A stretch of DNA of 64,000 nt from the NCBI RefSeq assembly GCF_006345805.1, contig NW_021833051.1, positions 27,305 through 91,304 on the forward strand, read 5' to 3'. Position 1 is the stretch's first letter; each line of letters starts with the position of its first letter. Both the position numbers and the translations under genes were made by a program. The notes under the pieces are model-generated. The model was not told the origin of the DNA, did not search any database, and saw only the letters and a list, made by a program, of their open reading frames with translations. Of this stretch, positions 32,140 through 44,509 are shown one piece after another. This DNA is from Octopus sinensis (Eukaryota).

Positions 32140-32776
32140 AACTCACAGCTTATTTTGCTGGGTATGAAGGAAAGTATCAGTTGTCCACAACCAGCAGACT
32201 AAGGTTTACTGGACATGCTTCAAGAATCCTGCGAAGAATTCTTGCAATTCCAAGCAATGCTGATTTTTGTAGGTGTTCTACCTTCATACTTGCACCAATC
32301 CTTTTCAGTCATGCTGGTAGTTGAGTGCTGACACTTCCAAGTGCACCAATCACTAGTGGCATCAACGTCTACTCTCTTCATTAATCCCAACCTTCGTATT
32401 TCTCACTTCAAATCGTCATAGTTGTTCATTTTGTCTTCTTTTTTCACATTGATCCTGTTGTCACCGGGGAATGCTATGTCGATTATTATTTAATTTTTTT
32501 CTTTTTTATTCGCCACAACAATGTCTGGTTTCCAATGTCTGGTCATTACATCCCACAGGATTTTGCAATTCTCATTTTCAGGGACTCCTTCTGGGATTTT
32601 CTCATACTACGTCTTTGCTCTTTGTATGCCATGATTTCCACAGAGCTTCCAATGGATCATTCTTGCCACATTGTCTTGGCGTCGTTTGTATTTGTGTTGT
32701 GCCAATTTCGGGCATTCGCTAACGATGTGCCATACAGTTTCACTCCTCTCACCACACATTCTGTATTTGTCACTAA

Positions 32777-32777
<1 letters not shown>
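32140..32777 (-). mobile_element. Second R4/Dong-like LINE 3' fragment
   Basis: RMCGERSETVWHIVSECPKLAQHKYKRRQDNVA..IHW...KILWD..KPDIVV..IIDIAFPGD; abuts (ATT)n at 32778-32863. Confidence 0.85.
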
Positions 32778-32863
<86 letters not shown>

Positions 32864-32874
32864 TTTAACATTTT

Positions 32875-33006
32875 CTTTCAATTCTGTTTCCATTTCTTGC
32901 CGAGTGGCTTCCTGACACCTAGGGCAGAGAAACGTACTCTATACATTGGTAGGCCATTACAATGAACGCACCAGATTGTTCATTTACAAAGTCATGTTAT
33001 AGGGGA

Positions 33007-33042
<36 letters not shown>

Positions 33043-33570
33043 GAGAAAAAAATTAAAAGTAAACAAATAAAATAAGGGGTGAAAAAGGAAAGAAAATTCA
33101 CACCGACACTGCTCTTCTCAATACAGTTAAGACAATCTTTTGCACTTCCTGCATGGATGGTAAGCCAGGGATCATTCTTAAATAATTTTCAGTTCCTTTT
33201 TTGGTCATTCCAACTGCTCCTGCAATCACTGGTATTGTAACCGTCTTGAGATGCCACATCTTTTCGATTTCGATTAGCAGATATTTATATCTTCTGAGTT
33301 TATCAAATTCTTTTGCCGAGACATTATGGTTACAGCTTATCAAATTCTTTTGCCCTAGATATTATGGGCATGATATCTCGGCAAAAGAATTTGATAAGCT
33401 GTGACCATTATTATTATTACTATTATTTTGATTAGCATGTTGTTTCAATTCGGTTGCCATTTTTGCCGAGAGTCTTCCTGACACCTAGGGCAGAGAAACG
33501 TACTGCATACATTGGTAGGTTATTAAAATAAATACGCCAGATTCTTCATTTACAAAGTCATATGACAGAG
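32875..33570 (-). mobile_element. Two further Dong-like 3'-end fragments
   Basis: KEFDKLRRYKYLLIEIEKMWHLKTVTIPVIAGAVG; shared 3' UTR (ttccatttcttgccgag...cctagggcagagaaacg); each sits next to (ATT)n. Confidence 0.85.
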
Positions 33571-33613
33571 ATAATGGGGAAGACAAAGAGAAAAATAAAA
33601 AAATTAAAAATAA

Positions 33614-33874
33614 ACAGGCGTGACTGTGTGGTAAGAAACTTGCTTCCCAATCACATGATTCCGGGTACAGTTCCACTACGGGGCACCTTGAAAAGGTGTC
33701 TTCTGCTACAGCCTCAGACCGACCAAAGCTTTGTGAAAGGATTTGGTAGACAGAAACTGAAAGAAGCCCGCCGTATACATACATACATATATATATACAT
33801 ATACATACATACATACATATATATATTTACATATACATACATACATACATACATAAATACATACATACACACAC

Positions 33875-33905
<31 letters not shown>

Positions 33906-34144
33906 TAATAATAATAAATATTAGGGAATAAATCCAAATTTACAGGGAAAAATCAGATTTAGGATTGAATCCAATTTTATAGTAAAATATATATTATATT
34001 AAATTAGAGACAAAACCACTATTATGCAAATCAAACAAAGAAAGACTTAAGCCATACATAAAATAATTTATATAAATTATTTTATGTATTGGCTTAAGTC
34101 TTTCTTTGTTTGATTTGCATAATAGTGGTTTTGTCTCTAATTTA

Positions 34145-34196
<52 letters not shown>

Positions 34197-34197
34197 G

Positions 34198-34256
<59 letters not shown>

Positions 34257-34470
34257 CATGTATATGTTTATGTGTCTGTGTTTGTTCCTCACCGTCGCTT
34301 GACAAACCGATGTTGGTGTGTTTATGTTTCTGTAACTTAGCGGTTCGGCAAAAGAGATCGATAAAAAAAGTACTAGGCTTACAAAGAATAAATCCTAGAG
34401 TCGATTCGTTCGGCTAAAAGTGGTGCTCCAGCATGGCCGCAGTCTAATGACTGAAACAAGTAAAAAAATA
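33614..34470 (+). mobile_element. Meta-domain SINE with a palindromic insert in its internal microsatellite
   Basis: Head at 33614-33775; tail at 34265-34470. Confidence 0.75.
33987..34157. repeat. Near-perfect ~170-bp palindrome, no spacer
   Basis: Centre between 34071 and 34072 (aataatttat|ataaattatt); arms differ by one extra T. Confidence 0.95.
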
Positions 34471-34589
34471 AATAAAATAAAATAAAGTTAAGACAATCTT
34501 TTGCAATTCCTGCATGGATGGTAAGCCAAAGACCATTCTTAAATACTTTTCAGTTACTTTTTGGTCAGTCTAAGTTTGGCTGTTTTATT

Positions 34590-36510
34590 TTCTGAACCCC
34601 TTTTGGTGTGCAGAAGAGGTTCTTCCCCCTTTTAGGGGCGAATTTTTGACGTTTTGGTCCTTTAAAAATATTTTTTGTTTTTCGTCGTACGAAAAACAAG
34701 ATGGCTTCTTCTGGCGAGGGGAGTGGCAGTGGCTGTTCTGACAGCTAGTATAGCTAAGATTTTCCCCCTCTGAACAGCACAAATAATAGTACCGACACCA
34801 CAAATAACAGCACCAGCACCACCATTAACATGGAAAAAGAAAAAAGAAACAGTCAAGGAAATACCGCCAACACCGACATGAACACAGACAACACGAATGA
34901 AAAGAAAAGTCGAACAGGAACAACAACGACAAACCAAGCGGCAACGGTTTCGCCTCGGCGGCGAAATAAACTAGGGAGTTAATTCATTTAACTATTGACG
35001 ACTTAAAAAATGTAAAGGGGTTGTTAAGGAAGGAAGAGAATAATGTCTTCTTTAACACCCCAAAAGAACTAATAATAGAAACACTGAAAAAAAAAACCCC
35101 CAAAAAAAAACGTAATATACAGGGCATTAAATAATCTTTTCTACTCTAGGCACAAGGTCCGAAATTTTTAGGGAAGAGGCCAGTCGATTAGATCGACCAC
35201 AGTATGCAACTGGTGCTTAATTTATCGACTTCGAAAAGATAAAGGGTAAAGACGACCTCGGCGGAATTTGAACTCAGAACGTAAAGACAAACGAAATACC
35301 GCTAAAAAAAAAAAGAGTGGAACGAGCAACTCAACAGCAATTGGAAATTGCGTTAAAACCACAACCACCGACACCACCAGCAAAACCAAGAGCCAGAGAA
35401 AGTCCCCCTTCTCGACCAAAACAACCCGGACTGTTCAAGTACTGAGGTCGAGAGGAGTAGCAAACAGTTCTCCACCAAAAAGAAGAAAAAAAGGACAGTA
35501 GAAGAAAAGAGGGGGAAGTACAAATGGGAGGAACTTCCCAACAGCAGCACCAAGCACACACAGCAACCAACAACAACGCCACCTCCACCAGCACTACCAC
35601 CTCAAACACCAACACAGTGAACAACACAAACAGACTGCACAAACACCACCAACGTCACAATATACACCTTGTTACATACATTAAAGACACTACAATGGAA
35701 GACTTTGTCTTCCAGACACACAATGCACCACCACTCGGGGAAACATTGGGCGTCGATGAAAATCAACTAACCGATCTGTTTGGGAAAAATCCCTTTCCTG
35801 GCAGTGTTACCGTGGAACGCTGCCTGTTCGAGATAAACTTTACAGGCACAGAAGTACCGCCAGCCGGGCCTGCCTGAAGTGCGCCCAGAACGATGAAACC
35901 GTCCTTCACGCCCTAGTCCAGTGCCCGAGTATTGCTGACCCGTGGGTTCATGCGGAACACCTGCATTCGCGTGTAAGACGGATCCTGCTATCAGCTGAAT
36001 GCATTATGAAGATTGCCCCATCGCCCTTCTTTTAGCCAGGAGGGGCAGGCAATTTTTATTTGTCTAGTAGCTGTAGCGAAAGAGGTAGAACAGTGGACCC
36101 GTTTGAAAGGGCTAAGGACAAACTCTTTCCTCTTTGGCCAAGCCCTCATCAACTTTTTCACTTGAAAAGGATGTTGAGGGTGGAGAGGAAAGTGTTGTCC
36201 TGTAGCAAGTTTGTTGAAAGTGGGTGAATGTTGGAAGAATGGCCAGTGTGAAAGGACCAATTCTGAGCGTGCACCTGTAAAAAGAGAATTAAAGAAGGGC
36301 TCTTGCCATGTTGATCAGGCATCCGTGGCTTTTGTGGGTTTTTCTACGAAGACCTTAAAGCGCCACCCTATGGGGAGTTTTAATTAAATTTTAATTGTTA
36401 TTTATATTGATTACACACAGTAAAACCCATTCTATTGTCCTGTTTTTGTCTTTCATATTGTTGCGTATCATTTAAGGTTATTTTATATGAGCCCTCGTGG
36501 CTAATAAATT
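34590..36510 (+). mobile_element. Internally deleted Tx1-clade LINE, with a SINE inserted at 35135-35305
   Basis: zf-RVT-like LSWQCYRGTLPVRDKLYRH....ACLKCAQNDETVLHALVQCPSIADPW at ~35790-35945; 3' end gccctcgtggctaataaa. Assignment of 34590-35680 to ORF1 is tentative. Confidence 0.7.
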
Positions 36511-36528
36511 AATGAATTATTATTATCA

Positions 36529-36584
<56 letters not shown>

Positions 36585-36828
36585 GCAAGTGAGACAAAAT
36601 GCTTAGCGGTATTTCGTTTTGAGTTCTGAGTTCAAATTCTGCCGTTTTCAACTTTGCCTTTAATCCTGTACCAGTTAAACACTGCGGTCGATGTAATCGA
36701 CTTATACTCCCCACTAACGAAATTGTTGCCATTGTGCCCAAATTTGAAACCATTAGTATTATTACCAAACAAATATTACTTTATAATATTTGTTTCCTTA
36801 TAGGTACTGATTTGGAACCTTTGAAAAT

Positions 36829-37056
36829 ACTCTTTTACTTGTTTCAGTCATTTGACTGCGGCCATGCTGGAGCACTGCCTTTAGTCGAGCAAATCAAATC
36901 CAGGACTTATTCTTAGTAAGCCTAGTACTTATTCTATCGGTCTCTTTTGCTCAACCGTTAAGTTACGGGGACGTAAACACACCAGCATCGGTTGTCAAGT
37001 GATGTTAAGAGGACAAACACAGGCACACAAACATACACACACACACACACACACAC

Positions 37057-37128
<72 letters not shown>

Positions 37129-37337
37129 TATATATATACGACGGGCTTCTTTCAGTTTCCGTCTACCAAATCCACTCACACGGCTTTGGTCGGCTCGAGG
37201 CTATAGTAGAAGACACTTGCCCTAGGTGCCACGCAGCGGGACTGAACCTGGAACTATGTAGTTCGTAAGCAAGCTACTTTATTTTATCAAATTTACCATA
37301 AAGACTACTTACCACGCACAGCCACATCCTACGCCTA
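36829..37337 (-). mobile_element. Meta-domain tRNA SINE
   Basis: Matches 17017-17430. Confidence 0.85.
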
Positions 37338-38149
37338 ATACTAATAACAATAATCATTATTATTATTATTATTATTATTAATAATAATAACAATAATCAT
37401 CATCATAATTATTATTGTTATCATTATTAATTTGTCGTTGTTACTGAGGCTGTTATTTTATACCTTGTTGTTGTTGTTGTATTAGGTTGTTATCACAAAG
37501 CTCAGCCTGTTTACCAAGTTTCTAGATGAGGAGATAGATTTGTTCAATCTCGGTTTCCATTAAATTAGTTGTCGATTCCAAGCTATCCATTACTACGCAT
37601 TTTTTGACAACTCTAATCTCGTTATATACCTAGCTCCCTCCTCAACCACTTCTTATCGCTCTCACCACAACATCGACACAAAACTGTAGAAGCTACCACT
37701 ACCACCACCACTACCACCACAACCACCACCACCATCGCCCATCATGTACTAACCACAGTCGCATACTGCTACCTCTACAACTGTCATCTCAACACCGTCA
37801 TGTCAACATCACCACCACCACCACCATCACCACATACCATCGCAACATACCACGCAGCAATAGTAGCAGCAGCAACAGCAGCACTCGCAGCAGCTCTACT
37901 ACTACCGAAACCACCACCACCACCACCACCGCCGCTGCCATCACGACCACGACCGACGTCTCCTCCACCACCATCACCATCGCTGCTGCTGCCGATGCTG
38001 CCGCCGCAGCCTCCAGCATCATCACTCAACAAGCCAGCGCGGGTGCCTATGTGTGGTCGATGGATCTGCTAGAAATAACAGTCAAATCTAACTCAACTCA
38101 CACGCACCTGAGCTAGAAAAAAATACACTGGATATCGTGGATCTGGGCC

Positions 38150-38850
38150 GGGATTCTTTATACATAAATGTACACGATAAGGTATATCACGGCTGGAATA
38201 TCTATGATCATAGGTCTGCTCTGGATAATGGCATCGTAGGTTCCTTACACATAAAGGGACATAATGGGAATGTCAGGACTGGAACGCCTTTGGTCTTAGG
38301 TCTGGTCTGGATAATATAAGTGTGGGTTCCTTGTACATAAAGGCACACGATGGGATTGTCACGGCTGGGATGGTTCTGATTTTAGGTTTGCTCTGGATTA
38401 TGTAAGCATAGATTCCCTACACAATAAGTCAAAAAATGAGGTTGGAATACCTTTGATCATAGCTAGTGACATAGCCAGAGTGAGTGTGCCGCCTGGGGCA
38501 GCTGCGCCCCACCGCGTGGAGGCATAAGCCTATACAGCTCACGCTAAAGTGCCGCCTCCTTTAAAGCGTTGCCCAGGTAGGACCGCTCTTTTCTGTACTG
38601 GATAATGTAAGCTCGAGGTCCCTAAATGTAGGTAAAAGGGGGGACTGGCACGACTGGACTCTCTCTGACCATAGATAGCTCTGAGCAATTGCTAATCAGG
38701 GTAACATAAGCGTAGGAAAAAGAACAAATGGGTTTGTCAAAGCTGGCGTGTCTTTGATCATAAGTCTGCTTTACATAATGAAGGCCTGGATTCCCTACAC
38801 ATGCGTGACAGAAGTGATTGGCACAGCTGGAATGGCTTTGATCACTCTCT
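38150..38850. repeat. Diverged ~86-bp tandem array (~7 units) interrupted at ~38462-38597
   Basis: acataaa anchors at 38162, 38249, 38335 and a variant (acaataa) at 38421; consensus ~tacataaagg...gggattgtcacggctggaat..tttgatcataggtctgctctggataatgtaagc. Confidence 0.75.
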
Positions 38851-38911
38851 TCTAGAGAGTGTAAGGCTTAAGTTCGCAGCACACAAGAATGTCTTTGCTC
38901 GGTATGTTCAG

Positions 38912-39014
38912 TCGGGCTGTTCTGCAGCTAACCACCACCACCACCACCACCACCACCACCACCACCACCACCACCACCACCACCACCACCACCACACCAC
39001 CACCACCACCACAC

Positions 39015-39045
<31 letters not shown>

Positions 39046-39202
39046 GCAACAACAACAACAACTACAACAACAGCCGTCCAAGAATTTGGACCTGGAGATC
39101 TCCATTTCCAGCGACTTCGAGGGCCACCTCACAGTGGTGTCGGACGTTAACGAAGAGCCCTCGACTACAAGACGACCAAAGTTTTTTTTCCCCAGGTCTT
39201 GA
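38912..39202 (+). CDS. Candidate coding exon: His/Gln homopolymers followed by PSKNLDLEISISSDFEGHLTVVSDVNEEPSTTRRPKFFFPRS*
   Basis: Non-repetitive ~130 bp with strong GC3 bias in one frame (aag..gac ctg gag atc tcc..tcc agc gac ttc gag ggc cac ctc..gtg gtg tcg gac); possible acceptors cag|38912 or cag|38928. Protein not recognised. Confidence 0.45.
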
Positions 39203-39329
39203 GTCTCCCACCCCTAAGCCGTAGACCATCACCTAATCACCCTTACTCGTCTTGTTGCTTAACAACAACAACAACAACCACACCATGCAACACTACAGCA
39301 TAATGCAGTCATACACCAATACATTCTTT

Positions 39330-39897
39330 TAAAGGCACAAGGCCTGAAATCTTAGGGGACGGGGGCTAGTTGATAACATTGTCTCCAGTGCTCAACTGGT
39401 ATTATATTTCATCGACCCCGAAAAGATGAAAGGTCAAGTCGACCTCGGTGGAATTTGAACTCAGAATGTATGGATGGACGAAATGCTGCAAGCGTGTTAA
39501 CAATTCTGCCAGCTCGCCACCTTTATTAATAATGGTTTCAAATTTTGGCAAGCAATCTCGCCGATTTCATCGACCCCACTGCTCAACTGTGCTTATTTTA
39601 TCGACCCCGAAAGGATAAAAGGTAAAGTCGACCATGGCGGAATTTGAACTCAGAACATAAAATCTGGAAGATTTACTACCCACAAAGGGCTAAACACAGA
39701 GAGGACAGACAAGGGAAGACAAACGGATTAAGTCGATTACATTGACCCCAGTGCGTAACTGGTACTTATTTAATCGACCCCGAAAGGATGAAAGGCAAAG
39801 TCGACCTCGGCGGAATTTGAACTCAGAACGTAACGGCAGACGAAATACCGCTAAGCATTTCGCCCGGCGTGCTATCGTTTCCGCCAGCTCCCCGCCT
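39330..39897 (-). mobile_element. Three tandem Nin/Deu-domain SINEs
   Basis: Three reverse copies of the Nin-like core; 39673-39897 is full length. Confidence 0.8.
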
Positions 39898-40589
39898 ATA
39901 CGACACCACGACTGCTCACACACAATCGTCACACACGTCTTACATTCATCAATACTCCGCATCACAAGCACACACTACCAGATGGAATGGCCACGGTTGG
40001 CAGAGATACTCATAGGTCTGCACAATCTGATCTGACATAATGCTAAACCAGTGTTTCTCCTAAGGGTGCAGAGTTGAACCTCTTAGGAGGGGGGTGGGGT
40101 GGGGCTATTAGGATTGAAATTTGGGCGGATAAATTGCATGATATAATAAATTTAACAGGATTGCAACACCTTGGTGAAGAAATAAGAATATGAGGCTGCG
40201 AACTCTATTTTGCGCTGTCGTTAATAACGGGATGGCGGGAGCCTGGTGTTAGTTTGAGAATGGCTGGGAGAAACAAGAGCAACAATGGCGACTATAGTCA
40301 CACCACCACTACGACAACGACGACGACGACGACGACGACCACCACCACCACTACCAATAGTACACACTCATATAGAGACACACCCGCGCGCTCACGCACA
40401 CATATACGTACCATAACAATCATATGGACATTGCTAGAAATAACAACCAAATTTTCATATAATGGGACATTGTATAGAGTAATCCGAGGTGGACAATGCT
40501 CAAAGATAGGGTAGAAAGCTTCTTATCACAGGCCTGACTTGGGGGCGAAATAATAGCATGAACACAACCCCAATCAAATGTCATCACTA

Positions 40590-41135
40590 CACACCACCAG
40601 CAACACCACCACCAGCAACACCACGTCCACCACCAGCAACACCACCACCGCTACCACTTCCAGCATCACTGCCATCGGCATGACGACGACGACGACCATA
40701 CAAACATACACACTACTACACACCATACACACACACACACATACCACTACCACACTGCCACTACATATCATCACGGCTACTACAACACAACCAAAACATA
40801 CCTGTAGGGCACACCACCACCACAACTACCACAATAACAATAATTACAGCGTAGCCAACATCACCACCACAACCACCACCACAACCACGACCACCACCAC
40901 CACTACCTTCGCCACAGTTATCAATACCACCACTAGCCACTAGCACCACCGCCAGCAGCACCAGCAACAGCAGCAGCAGCAACAGCATCACCACCACCAC
41001 CACCATCAGCATCTCCACCGACAGTATCACCACCGCCCCACCGTCACCGCAACTACCAACACTACAGCCACCGTCACCACCGCAATCACCACTACCACAA
41101 GCAACAACTATCCCCATCATGTCACCGCACACACA
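40590..41135. repeat. Degenerate (CAC/CAG/ACG)n low-complexity tract
   Basis: Seen directly; similar tracts at 37690-38030 and, in opposite orientation, at 63070-63750. Confidence 0.85.
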
Positions 41136-41814
41136 CATACACACACACATACACGCACGCGCACACGCACACGCCTACATCATCTCTCTCCCGGTATTCA
41201 CCTCACTACATTATTGACTCTTCAATGTTGGTTTTCTGCTGACGTAAGTGATTGTAGTGTCGTGTTGGGTTAAGTTTTGGTTCTCACTCCCAGGAGTATT
41301 TTGGCAGTATTGCGTGTTGAAACATTAATGAGTGCTGATCCCCAGGGAGGGAGTCTAGTGTTTAGAATGGACATTAATAAACTCACCATCAACGCACTGT
41401 CATACATTTCACTCAATTACATTAAATATTAGAAAACCGGACTGTAATCATAATTTTTTTTTATTGTTATTGTTATTATTGTTGTTGTTGTTCTTGTTGT
41501 TCTTGTTGCTATTGTTGTTTATATCGAAACTTGGCTATTAAATCTACCGACAGAAATCAGAATTTGTTGCAAACAGATTACAAAAATAAAAAAAAATGGC
41601 AAAAGATATTACAAACAAGGGCAAAATAACATAGCTGGTATGTATGTATGTATGTATGTATATATAAACACACACATGCATACACACATGCATACATACA
41701 TACATACACACATATATACATGCATGTTTGCATACATACATACATATGTATACACTCATGTCCATATAAGAATACACCACATATATATAATATATGTATA
41801 ATATATATGATATA

Positions 41815-41845
<31 letters not shown>

Positions 41846-42684
41846 TTATATATTACATATATATATAGATATGTATATATATGTATATATATATATATAT
41901 ATAGATATATATATATAATATATATATTATATATATATATACATATATATATGAACATAAATATATACATGTGTATGTTTGTATGCATGCATATGTGATT
42001 TAGGGAAAAAAACCGAACAAAATTAGAATTATAAAAAAGAAACAGATAAAAATAAAATAAAATGAATAAATAAAAATAAACAAATGTAGAAAGCATACTG
42101 CAAAATATTACGGAAAAAAGCCATATTGAAACCACATAATAATAGCAGAACGGAAACAAAGAATAATGTGATATGGAGAATAAAAATAAAGAGAGGGAAA
42201 TGTTTCCTAAGCTGTATATTGTTGATGTTGTATATTGATGATAGCATATTTTACATTGTTGATACGTTTATGTATATTTGTGATATGGTGTTGAATTATA
42301 TATTTATTTCAATTTTAATATAGCAACTGGTGAACATTAGCGTCGTGGGTTACTGTTTTTCCATCGTGACATTTACTGGAATTTTGACAATATTTGATAA
42401 TTGAAGGAGGAATATCACGAAAGGCTTCTTTCGTAACCCACCCCCACCGAGTTTTCCGTTTTATCACTGTTGTATATGTGCAAAGGAAGAATATAACAAA
42501 GCAGAACCACATATATCATACGATCCGTTGACGTCATTTATAGCCCCATGTATAATCACACATGTTGTCTATAGGGACAAATTCCTCCTGAGACTATTTC
42601 TGCAGTGTAAATTCTTCCCACATTCGAATGTACACGAATATTGTCATCTGGAGCAGTTTGCTCTCATGTGTTTATTTCCTCCCT

Positions 42685-42907
42685 GCCTGAGGTTACCGTG
42701 GTCTTTTCCGTAGGCTTTTCTTTCCACGGATAAACCTAATCTTGTTTCTTACTTTTTAAAAATTTCTTTCTGTGATACACGATCCCTTTTGATTGGAATT
42801 TTACATTTGTTCCTTTTTTTCCTTTTTCTTTTCCATTTTCGAAAAGAAAAGTTCTACACTTGTATTTGTCCCCTCTGTGTTCAGCCCCGTGTGGCCAATA
42901 AAGAAAG
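42685..42907 (+). mobile_element. Tx1-family 3' UTR fragment followed by (TCTA)n
   Basis: Colinear with 18455-18770 (gaggttaccgtgg..ttttccg.aggcttttc...aataaagaaa). Confidence 0.75.
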
Positions 42908-42979
<72 letters not shown>

Positions 42980-43130
42980 ATCTATCTATCTACTGCTACA
43001 CGTGCATCTAACCGCCCTTCCTTCCTTTTTAACTCCCCCAAAGAACCATATCACTACCTGTCTCCCTGCCTTTTGCTCTGTTTTTCTTTTCATCTCTTTA
43101 CAATCTGTCTTTATATTTCATCTATACTTT

Positions 43131-43166
43131 TCTTCTGATGAAGGACTAGCGTTCGAAGCGTTAAGA
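43131..43166 (+). ncRNA. Minimal hammerhead-like motif (PLE type)
   Basis: UCUU-CUGAUGA-A-GGAC uagc GUUC-GAAgC-GUU-AAGA; stems I and II pair. Confidence 0.55.
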
Positions 43167-43334
43167 CTCTCCCTCTTTCTTTTTAAGCGTTAAGCTAATA
43201 CATTGTTTGTTAAAACTTGTCCTACGGTGTTGCTGTCTCTTTTTTGTTAACGTTCATTGCATTTACAATATGTACATATATATATGTATGTATGCATATA
43301 TACATGTATGCGTGTATATATGCATGTATGTATG

Positions 43335-43419
<85 letters not shown>

Positions 43420-43420
43420 A

Positions 43421-43480
<60 letters not shown>

Positions 43481-43822
43481 AAAGCACATACACATGTTCA
43501 CATACAAATACACACACACACACACACACACACACATGCAAACACACACATACACACACACGTAACAATGGGTTGCACATAGATTTCAAGAACCAAATTC
43601 ACTCACAAAGCATTTTGCATGGAAGTGTTTGTTTTTCAATTTAAACTACAAGATAAGAATCGACGCTTGAAAAATAAAACTATTTGCATTCATTTAGTAA
43701 TACGAAGAAATCTACCGGTATGCACAGCTGAATTGCACCAGATTAAGGTAAGAAGATTTACGACTTACACTTCAAGGCATCTAATCCGATGTGAAAGATT
43801 CTGATAACCTGATCCCTGACTA

Positions 43823-44264
43823 TATTATTTAGATTATTTATATTTGACAGATATTTGTTCTCATCTTGTTTGTTGTTAACACAACGTTTCGGCTGATATA
43901 CCCTCCAGCCTTGATCAGGTGTCTTGGGGAAATTTCGAACCTGGGTTCTCATTCCTAACATCGAAAAATACCTTAGGAATGAGAAGCCAGGTTCGAAATT
44001 TACCCAAGACACCTGATGAAGGCTGGAAGATATATCAACCAGGGTTCTCATTCATAAAATGTTTTTCCTTCTTCTTCTTCTTCTTCTTCTTCTTCTTCTT
44101 CTTCTTCTTCTTCTTCTTCTTCTTCTTCTTCTTCTTCTTCTTCTTCTTCTTCTTCTTCTTCTTCTTCTTCTTCTTCTTCTTCAGGTCACTGCCTGGAATC
44201 AAACTCGGAATCTTGGGGTTAGTAGCCTCCGCTCTTAACCACTACGCTTAAATATAGAACTGTA
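43823..44264. mobile_element. Foldback, hammerhead-bearing, tRNA-headed element, copy 1 (13-bp TSD)
   Basis: TSD tgatccctgacta at 43810-43822 and 44265-44277; inverted arms around catcgaaaaatacc (43959-43972); hammerhead-like motif at 43879-43922 (-); tRNA-like head at 44183-44247 (-); (TTC)n linker. Confidence 0.8.
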
Positions 44265-44509
44265 TGATCCCTGACTAGCCAAAGGAACATCTTTTTCTTA
44301 AATACGCCTTTTTAACGGCACACAATTCCCTGACATTTTGAACTAAACTATTTCGTTTAAATGGTTTCACACTATTCTGAAAATTAGATGCCTTAAATGT
44401 GAGTTTAGGCATGTAATTATTGTACAAATACAATTGTACTGATGAAGTACGTACGATGAAAGGAGAGCACTGGCTTGAGGAATTGGAATTATTATTAAAT
44501 ACTTAGAAA

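Noticed and set aside
37784-38072. Pro/Ala/Thr-rich ORF
   Set aside because: Degenerate trinucleotide tract open in several frames, running into a dispersed repeat (ctgctagaaata..); no frame-specific codon signal.
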